A DNA stretch of 64,000 nucleotides, taken from assembly GCF_964204645.1 (NCBI RefSeq), contig NC_134026.1, positions 26,818,150 through 26,882,149 on the forward strand, read 5' to 3'. Origin of the DNA: Tubulanus polymorphus. Taxonomy: Eukaryota > Animalia > Nemertea. A program made the translations under genes and the position numbers. This document shows positions 54,346 through 64,000 of this stretch, piece by piece; within the stretch, counting starts at the first letter, position 1, and each line of letters starts with the position of its first letter. A model generated the notes under the pieces. That model saw nothing but the letters and a program-made list of their open reading frames with translations. It made no database searches and was not told the DNA's origin.

Positions 54346-55667
54346 GTGAGAATTTTTGCCCCATCACATTCTATCATTCAAACATTGTAAAAGAAATTAA
54401 TTTTCGCAAACTATTCTTTGATAGGGGCCCATCACTTTATGAAAAAGCTTTCTTGTCCATATATATTCATATGAATGAGAGTTATCATGAAGAGTGAATG
54501 GTCTGACCATGAAACAATTGAAATGATAAGCTATTGATAGGATTCAATAACATTAAACATTTTAATCAATATTCATCAAATTTATGTCGACATTTTTATA
54601 TTTGTGTATAGATATTGCGTGTACTGTATCACCAAATGATTGGAGTATCCTAATCTACTTTCCGGTATCTGCCTGAGCCTTTGCCTGGTTTTCATTGCAA
54701 CCACTCTTCATAAACCAATGAGTGTTGATATGTTAGAATTCACAAAATATCTAGATTTAGATTTTATGTGATGCTGCCATAAGAAAATAGTAGAACAACT
54801 GCCCATTGTTTCTGTGCATCAGAACTGAACAGACTTTGAATGAAATCAGTTTTTTTTAGGGAGAGTATTTGCATCCTGTAGGCCTATATGTGTTTGGCGG
54901 GGATAGCTGCTTTTATGCTCATTGTGCTCGAGAGAGACAGAGTGAGTGAGTGAGTTACCAACACCACCATGCACACAGTCGTAGTCGTATTGACTATTTT
55001 CTCCAATACATTTACTGACATCCATCAGCCTCTATTGCTGCATACAACATTACTGCGAATATTCCTCATTGGATATTCTGAATATCTGAGCGGAATTGAA
55101 TTCGTCAGTGTCAGCATGGGAATACTGCACAAGCAATATCTTGAATGTGCGCGGGTTATACGTATTGTTTATACAGTATATGATGGGTTTTGGGATATCA
55201 CGTTTGATTATTTCCAAACGTAATTCAATCTATTCTTATACGAGATTATTGCTGGAAAAAAATTCAATTTTTAATACAAACGTGTCATGTGTCCGACGCT
55301 GTTCTGATGTAGGCCTAGTTTTCATGGATATTTTCCATTTCAAATTGTTATCAATAATTCCTCCTAATCTATTGATGAATTTTAATTCCCCATTGTTTTC
55401 AAATGTAGGCTTACGTATCATTCCCTCAAGATGAATTATCATTTTTTCCCAATATTGATTCAAATTACCAATGAGCACTACTACTATTGACTGTATATAT
55501 AATGTTACCAAATACAATATTTAGATAGGCGTGTTGATAATTGAATTGTTAGGAAGATTTTCTATAATATTTTAATCTTGTAGGTATGGGATCTAATCTT
55601 ATCAATAGATCGCCAGGTTAAGGGTTTAAGCCTATTTTTCGAAAGACATGTTTGATTAATATTGCAG

Positions 55668-55796
55668 GTAGCAATTAAGATTATAGACTCGAGAAAAATC
55701 AAGGAGGATTATGTTCGTGTCAATCTCCACAGAGAAGGAAAAATACTTGCTCAATTACGGCACCCGAATATCATCCGACTCTACGAAGCGCTTAAA
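55668..55796 (+). CDS. Second coding exon of the same kinase (subdomains II-IV); remaining exons lie beyond the window
   Basis: ttgcAG|VAIKIIDSRKIKEDYVRVNLHREGKILAQLRHPNIIRLYEALK|GTAAGT. It contains the beta3 Lys, the alphaC Glu and HPNI, and is 129 nt, phase 0-0. The D-YV-xNL-REG segment is most reminiscent of HUNK. Confidence 0.93.
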
Positions 55797-55897
55797 GTAA
55801 GTTTTGAACTTATCAGCAGATTTTCTGGTGATCGGTCGCCTTGGGGAAGTTTCTTTTCGGTAAACGTGAAAACAAATTATAGTTTGAAGGTTAAATA

Positions 55898-55964
55898 GAT
55901 TTTATTCAAAGTACGCGATTTCGCTATTAGTGTATCGTAGCTTCATCAGGTAAATGAAGCTACT
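55898..55964 (-). ncRNA. Minimal hammerhead motif in a short dispersed repeat (copy 2), antisense in the kinase intron
   Basis: The minus strand reads TTTAC-CTGATGA-A-GCTA-(11 nt)-TAGC-GAAA-TCGC-GTA...AATAAA and aligns end to end with 29625-29702. The cleavage-site region has diverged. Confidence 0.55.
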
Positions 55965-58560
55965 ATGCATAAGTAATGAACCTTCAAAGTATTATTTATC
56001 TTCACTTTTACTGATTTGACTCCGTAGGTTTTAACACGGCTCCTCCACAACTCTCTTCTTATGATATCTTTGGTACTGTAGCTTCATCTGGAAAAACTCT
56101 GTTTAAAAAAGTGCATTAGGCTACCTAATGTCTACATTCTTGAAACTTCATCGTTGTTTGGCACAGTATCTCGCGGATGAAAGAATGTTTTAATTGAAAT
56201 GGAAAATTAATGATACTTAAGCATGGAAACTCAATGGATCAAGTTTTGATCGGGGAAATATTTTACTCACATGAATTAAACAGCTTGTTTGAATTTTCAT
56301 TAATTGCATGTGCGCTTAATACTGATTATTTTATGGAATTTTGCACATTTTATTTCAAAATTTTTCAACATAGCTTACATTCTGCTGAATTTTTTGGCTT
56401 CAAGCTTTCAGTGCCATTATTTATGCGAAGCCCTGTTTGTGGCCTGAAAAAAAATAAGATAATTATGAGATTAAAAAAGATAATTATGAGAATGCTGACT
56501 GAAAATCAGAGGCCCAACGTCTGAATGCCCTCAGATTGCGGTTCATAAAAAAACACCCAATCAGTGGTATAAAATGTGTAAATAAATGTAAGATATGGGT
56601 TTTAATCAAGAGAAAGGTTCTTAACGCTGATGGGTTTGGGGGTAATATGATACATTCATGTTGTTAACATTGATAACTGTTTCTGCTGATTGCATATTAG
56701 TCCCATTTTTTGATAAACAGTGCATAATACAGTTATCGTTTCGCTTTGATAATGCTTCTGACTGGCAGAAAGACGTGCACATAATATCTGCAAGAAACTA
56801 GTAACTAAGAAACTGATGAAACTAGATACAAGCCGCTAATGATGTGTTATTAGCTTGCTAATGATCGGACACCTATACTACTACTGGGCTATTAGTATTC
56901 ACCATACGGATTAGAAACTTCAAGAAATTGGCTTAAAATCAGATTGATCAAAATGGGATCAATGCACGACTGTTTGAGGCCCTGGCTTCTGGAGTTCAAT
57001 AGTCCTTACCCTATTATTAAGGAAAGTCACTGGTTCAATGTATCATGACTGAAAATTATATTATTTGTACTGAAATTACAACGTGTATTGATTATAGGCC
57101 AAGATTGGCAAGATTGACTGATATAATTGAATAATTACTGAAATATAGAAGCGTTCATGGTCTTGTGCTATGAATATATATATACGTATCTAGAGATTAT
57201 GATAACGCAGTCTGCGCAATATTTAGAGATTTCTTGAGAATGCCGTGTGTCGTTCAGACTGAAGATGATTGCACTGAGCTTACGGGTTTACTGATATTGA
57301 CAAGTCTACATCACCTGTATACGGAGCTCGTGATTTATTGATTGAATTTGGTTGCAGTACCCGGGTTATAACGTCGTATTGACCAATATGTACCCACACT
57401 GAAACACCTCAACTACGCAATACACACCGTGCTGAGAGAAATGATTTGCTCCAACTATCCCTTTCTCTGTTCCATCTTTGATTAAATCAATTCTCGGCAG
57501 GAGTGGTAGATTCCTTGGGAATCATGTAATCTGTCGAAATTCCGATAGATGTTGGCATACTTTTTGAAGGTGAAAGAAGTGAGTGAATAAAGACATGTAT
57601 GATGGTCTTTTTCGAGTCTTATTATAGACTTTTCAGTGTTCTCCACAACAGGTTTTAGAGCGGTGTCCACCCTTTCATTTTTACATCCACCTCTCTGAAA
57701 ATCAGCCACCCCTAGTAAAAATCTTCTGCCCCCTACCAGAAATGTTAATATTCTATCAGTGCTTATAATCGCTTTGAAATATTGAGAGCTAATGTGAAAA
57801 ATAGAAGATTACATCAAAATTAGGCTAAATATTTCTTTTGGCTGATATAATTTTTTGGGGGATCGAAAGCCTCGCTGCTTCATCAGCCACGATGTCGTAC
57901 ACTAAAACAATGAGTGCAGCCCCTTTAAAATTCTACCATATGGAGAACATTGAAAGCCTATAATATTTAGAATTTATAAATAAACTTATCACTGATAATT
58001 TATAAATAAACATCTACTTGCAACGAATGCGGTTTTTATTAAACGATGAATGTAGAAACCTTGAAACTATGATCCCTCGAAATATTTTTGAGTAGAAGAT
58101 CAATAATCATTATTTACCGTATTTTATTTGTGGTATGAGGCAATGAACACGATATATAGTGTGGGAAGATCAATCACCTTTAAAGAACTTTTCCACCCAT
58201 TTATCGATGGCTACACCCTACTTTATCACTGGGTAATTTACAAAATGTCTCTAGAGATGATGTCAACATAAGCCATGGATAACCACGATATTATTAGGTT
58301 TGAGACAGTCATCTCTCGTATTCTCTCAAATTCATCGCGAGATTCACAAAGCAGTGCAAACAGTAAACTAGTGGTAGAAGCCTGGATTAATGGAGACGTT
58401 TGGGCCGAATTCATCCGGATCAGGCCCGGGTCAAATATGGCCCGTGCCCTATTAGGAAGCATGTTCACATACGTAAACCACTGGACTCTAGATAATGTGT
58501 CAAAGTCAAGTTGCAATTCTCGCGCAATGATTTTTCTTGTGCTACAATGCGGTTAGGTCT

Positions 58561-58763
58561 TTTTTTTAACACCCTCAACCCGCTAAGCGCCACGCAGGGC
58601 ATTATGAGTGGGTTCGATGTTTCTTTTTCCCAATGGGGGAGAGACCAGAGAAAGAACATTCGACGAAGAAACTCTGTCGCTACCAGGGTTTGAACCCATA
58701 AATCCTGGATTGACAAGACCAGTGACCGGCGGCTTAGACCACTCGGCCACTGCGCCTCCGCGC
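58561..58763 (-). mobile_element. tRNA-derived SINE, about 200 bp, with target-site duplication
   Basis: Minus strand: Pol III A box TGGCCGAGTGG (58739-58749), B box GGTTCAAACCC (58686-58696), a non-tRNA body and an A-rich tail (T run 58560-58567 on +). Flanks CGGTTAGGTCT (58550-58560) and CGGTTTGGTCT (58764-58774) form an 11-bp TSD with one mismatch. Confidence 0.85.
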
Positions 58764-59168
58764 CGGTTTGGTCTGACATTTTTGGTCGGGCCAAATAGGC
58801 ATGGGCCCATTAAGTACCCATGTGAACGTCAGCCCAGGCCAGAAATGGAAATGCTTGCGCCGATCGCGGCTCTTTACCCTTCAGATAACATCGTCTACTG
58901 TTTTAATGCGATTCAGCTCAAATTACCTTGGAATGCTACTGGAGGCTGATTAATTACGGTTCATGCGTAACCTGATTATGAAAAAAATTATTTGAGCTTT
59001 GTTGAATTTACCCGAGCAATAGTCGTTCATGCCTGCGCATATCGGTCATCTTATCCCTGCACGTGCTTTAAAGACTCGCGTATAAGACAGTTGATTTTCA
59101 TATCTCTGAAACAAAACAGCATGTAGAAAATGCTAATAAACTAGCCAAATTGTACCAGTTGATTGACT

Positions 59169-59181
59169 GTTGCCTAGCAAC
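59169..59181. promoter_or_regulatory. RFX X-box motif
   Basis: GTTGCCTAGCAAC matches the GTTGCC-N-RGCAAC consensus. It lies in intron 2 of the kinase gene. Confidence 0.4.
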
Positions 59182-62100
59182 ATGACATATTGGATGGAAT
59201 AGTTGTGTATATCGGAGTCATCGTTTCAATGATACCCGCTGCATTCAGAAGTATCATAAAAATATACAATGAGCTCATGTAAACAGTTTTAAATTCGTCG
59301 ATTGATTCATTCGATATTTTCATTGGTTACGCTTATCATACGGCTATCAATGATTGGTCGACGCTGATTTTTTCTTAATCTTAACTTGCAATTATTTGCT
59401 CTAATTAACCATCTTTCGTGCATTGTTTTATCGTTGAAGTTAAATTGGCTCTCGTTAAACCGACCTGAATTTCTATGTTGATGAAAAATGCTGTTAGCTC
59501 ATATTGTATTTCAGTCGCAAGAAGTCACGATGGTTGCGTAAATCTTATTCAATATATATATATATTGATGAGACATTGATGAGATATTGTTTGAAAGCTG
59601 ATACGTTACTGCTGGGAAATGTTATAGGTGTTTTCTGTATAGGTGATGTGTGTTTAACCACTGATTATGACTAGCTAGCTAGTCCTTTTAACTATGCAAA
59701 CTTGTTGATAGGCGCAGTATTTGAAGTGTCGCTACTGCCGTTATGTGCGACTACCATTAATGTTGCTGAAATTGCAATCTATGTGCATTAATCCATTTCA
59801 ATAATAGTTGGCTTAACATCTAAATGTCAGTATTTGAGTACTGGTGGAATAGACCGATATTAAACAATGAAAGTGCTACTGTTAGATATCATTATTGTTA
59901 AAATTTGACAATAAAGTTCTACCATAAAAGAAGCCAACCCTTTTCATGCGTTCATGCATTGTCCGATTGCCACACCCATGTATACCACACCTCGGTATGA
60001 ACGCCGTATAAAAAGAAACATCTGATCTTTAATTATACTGGTAATTATTGGGTTCTCTGGATCGCCATCAACTATCGAACCGTTGAACGCAGACGCTTCA
60101 ATCAGTAGAGATTGAGGGAATGTTGATATGAGCAGGAAGGCAATTTTTGGTCGAACTAGTCATGTTCTAATAATTAAATTGCCGATTTCTGTTTCACGGA
60201 TAAGATGAAAGAACATCGGATAAATTTGCGGTGAACGCCGGATGAAATGCAGTGTGGATCTTCATCTGAAGTGAATTTCACAGGTAGCAAGAAGTTAATG
60301 CGGCAAGGGAGTGTAGCCATGAAATATGCATGTTTTAATTAATAAGAACCTGAAAACAGATCGACAGCATGTGATTTAGTTGGTAAATGATTGCATGCAT
60401 TCCTGTTCCTTAGAGAAATAAAAACACAAATGAGGTTAAACCCATCATGTGTACGCTTTCGGTCCAGCTAGTTCCCCATAACGAAATAAGAATGAAAAAA
60501 GGGAAACGTTTTTTATTTTCTCGTGGCCAGAAATATCTAACAATCAATTGAACTGGATTTTGTCTTGCTTTTCTTAGGTTTTATCGAACTTGCTGGTATT
60601 AAACAGACATACTCTCGTTAATGGTTTTGACTCTTCACAAAAATGCTAAGATATACGGTATTATGGGCTTTCGAATTGATTGTTCTTTTTTTGTTGGCAT
60701 AGTAGATCACATCTTTGAGCTGTTTCTGGTATCGCTAAGTTTCATGAATAAAATGAATTGGGATTAAAAGAGAGGAAATTAAGACAGCTATATGGTGATA
60801 TTGATACTTGCATTGCATGTTCAACTTGGTTTAATCAGCATTCCACATCGCATAAAAGCTAGAATAAGGCATCCCCTTGTCACATTGGCCGTGTAAATCA
60901 CTATAAAACTCTACGTACAATATTATTATTAGTCTAAATTGAAGTTGATATCACAGTAATATAAATGATGTAATATATTGTCATTGCAGTTAGTACAGTT
61001 ACTAAAGTAATAAAAATACCTAACTTTCAGTTTATGTATGTCTAGGTATCTTTTATAACTGAATGGAATTAGTTTTAGCTGAAATTCAAGGGCAAATCTA
61101 GGAGAACTTGTCACATCCCAAAAGGGGCAATATTGCACACACACTCCCGTACTAAAATTCACCAATTTTTTAATTACCAAAAGTTTGATGGACTTTTACA
61201 AGTTTTACAATATGTCCTCCTGGATGTGCCCTGAAATTTAATTTCTATCGGTGAAGTGCGTACAGAGATGAATATCGCAACCGGAACATCAGAATTTCTG
61301 ACCAGCAACATGAGAAGAGTTCAAGGGTTACATCCTTACTGGGGCCTTATTGTTTCATATACGAAATAATGATAATATTCTTCTGACTTCAATAATGTTT
61401 CCTGGTCTATTAATCGAACTAAGCTGGTGATCTGTATTGGTATCTGTATTAATTAATCATCAAATCAAGTACTGAGACTGCCTGTAATTACTATTGATAT
61501 TTTGCATTGTTTATGTGAGTGTTATGCTTGACCCATGGCTGACAGGAACAATGAATAATGAATGAGTCTAGCTTCTCCTCTCTCATCGTCATCTATATAT
61601 TTAATTATATACATGAATAGATATGATATATGTGTAATTGTTATTAGTTTATATGTTGATCAGATAACCTGAGATTTGTTACCTGTGTAATTAATAGCAG
61701 TACCTTATATCATGTATCCCTATGTTTTCCATGATTCATGGTGTTATTCAGTAAAGTACTGTTAGATATTTGGGGTATCTATACTGTGTTAAATGCTAGT
61801 TGTTAAAGATGAATTAGATCAAATTGCATTCATATTCTCCCTTAAAGAAAAAAACATTATCGAAATATCATCATCAGCTACGAAGGATTTGAAGAGTGAA
61901 GCTAGATGTTTTCGTCTATAACAGAAATTGTGGTGGGAATTGCCGGAAATATTGCATATCTGAAGTATCTTTTCACTGCAGTCAGGTTGGATGTGACCTA
62001 TCAGAGATGAAGTATAACTTGTGCGCAGTGAAAGGTTATTGCTTTACATTTGATTGATCATTGCCAATATTTATCATGGCCGGCATTCTTCAACATAATC

Positions 62101-63083
62101 TGATGTGGATAAACGCTTCATTTTTCACATTTTCTCTATAATATCACCTTTTGAACCGGTGATGAGGTGGTATATTTCCACTATGAACAGTCGTATCGGT
62201 CTATTCTTCATGCATAATTGATTGAACTCTATCAAGTATACAAAATTGAAAATGACATATCGCAAACATTTTGACTTCAACTTGAACAAGTTGATGACGC
62301 AAAGAGAAAAATATTTCAGAGCTGCAATGTTGCCATGCAGTCCCCCGCTTAATTATGATATCGTATTCAAGCTTTTGAAATATGAACTATGTGCATGGAT
62401 TGGTAGTATATCAAAAAGAAGCTTTGGCTTCAAATGATCCGTGATTATGTATATATTAATTGGATCGTTGTAGGGCATGTCTCATTGATCTATGAGATAT
62501 TTCACATTCGCTGGTATAATAGCCTGCAACCGGGGCTGTTTGCCAGCGTAAAAAGTAATGGCAAGTACCAAGCAATGTTGTTACCATAGATACTACTAAA
62601 ACATGGCAGGACGTGTTCTGCGCTGATGCGAAAATAGAAAATTTCATTGGTGTGATTGATTACCTTTTTGGTACCTTTCCATTTGGTGCTTCATTGGGGA
62701 TAATGAAGCTTGTTTTACTGAAGTTTTCATCTTCAGCATCTGTGTATTGTTCGAAGAGTGTTGAAAATAATTTTCCCGCCAGCGATCTCTTCCTTTATGT
62801 CGTGAAAAAAGGATGTTATATTCTATGAAACGCCAGATGGTTCCTTTACACACCTCGATACACGTAAAGCTCGGTGGTTGAGGATGTTATTTTACTGAGA
62901 CGCTAAGAATCAAATTGTGGTAATCGATATTGCGTAGAGTTTTGATGCGAGGTTGGAAATTCTCGCATTTATGCTACTACACACACACACATATATAACC
63001 AACCTGTCTGAAAATGTTTCACACTAATGGTTAATTTAATTATTCATTAATAATGCTGTGAAATTGAGCGGTATTCTAAGGTT

Positions 63084-63451
<368 letters not shown>

Positions 63452-64000
63452 TAGACAGTACGCTATTGATGATTATTCTGCTAAAACTTGTCCATTCTCT
63501 GCCGCAGTTTCTCTCACACTGCCGAGAGATGGCTGATAGATATTCTTTCTCGTGTGTAAATCGATTTTTCGGTCAACTCAATTTTCTGGCTATGTTACAT
63601 CCACTTCACAGATCTGTAAGCCGCTATATTATTAAGGTCAGCTTCCACATGAATATCAATATAGACGTCACTTAACTAAATGTATTTTTTACATCATCAA
63701 CATTACCGGCAGTTCTCTCAATGTTACTGTTGTTAATACATTCTAGACTTGCCCCTTCCTATTTTTGGTCGAGCTACTAGAATAAGCCGTAACGTCATAA
63801 ATTAGGAAAGTTTGCCATTTAACACCTGAAAAAGCGGGAAAATCCATCTCAGATTTTCTGGTTTAAGAGATTCCCCTAGACCTTCACAAGCCTCTCACTG
63901 TCACAGTGATATGTACAGTTAATGGTAATCAAATTCTGGGAACTATTAACTTGGAGGTGACAATGAATCTAAGGAAATAATTCAGGTTTCAGAATTTTTT

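Noticed and set aside
58676-58760. Functional tRNA-Leu/Ser gene
   Set aside because: The acceptor stem is mismatched and there is no canonical anticodon arm. The body, tail and TSD indicate a SINE.

Overview
This is AT-rich (about 35% GC) genomic DNA from an invertebrate animal, probably a lophotrochozoan (inferred from the SoxC sequence and the repeat content). It is not prokaryotic. The central feature is an intronless SoxC (Sox4/11/12 family) gene at 47252-48427 (+). It has a CCAAT/E-box/TATA core promoter, an upstream ORF whose stop overlaps the start codon (TAATG), and a 3'UTR with four Pumilio elements. Downstream are the first two coding exons of an AMPK-related (HUNK/SIK/MARK-like) Ser/Thr kinase. 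Its long second intron holds a tRNA-derived SINE with a target-site duplication and a (TA)n/polypurine tract. The 47 kb upstream of SoxC has no recognisable protein domain. It is CpG-depleted with CpG-rich islets, ends in a candidate terminal exon plus polyA signal at about 42.9-43.5 kb, and so looks like a giant last intron of a bystander gene filled with SoxC enhancers, including a dense AP-1 cluster at 27.8-28.4 kb. At least four minimal Penelope-type hammerhead ribozyme motifs are scattered through the window. Two are homologous copies of one short repeat that also carries a competing hairpin over the catalytic core. All calls were made by eye; no database searches were run.
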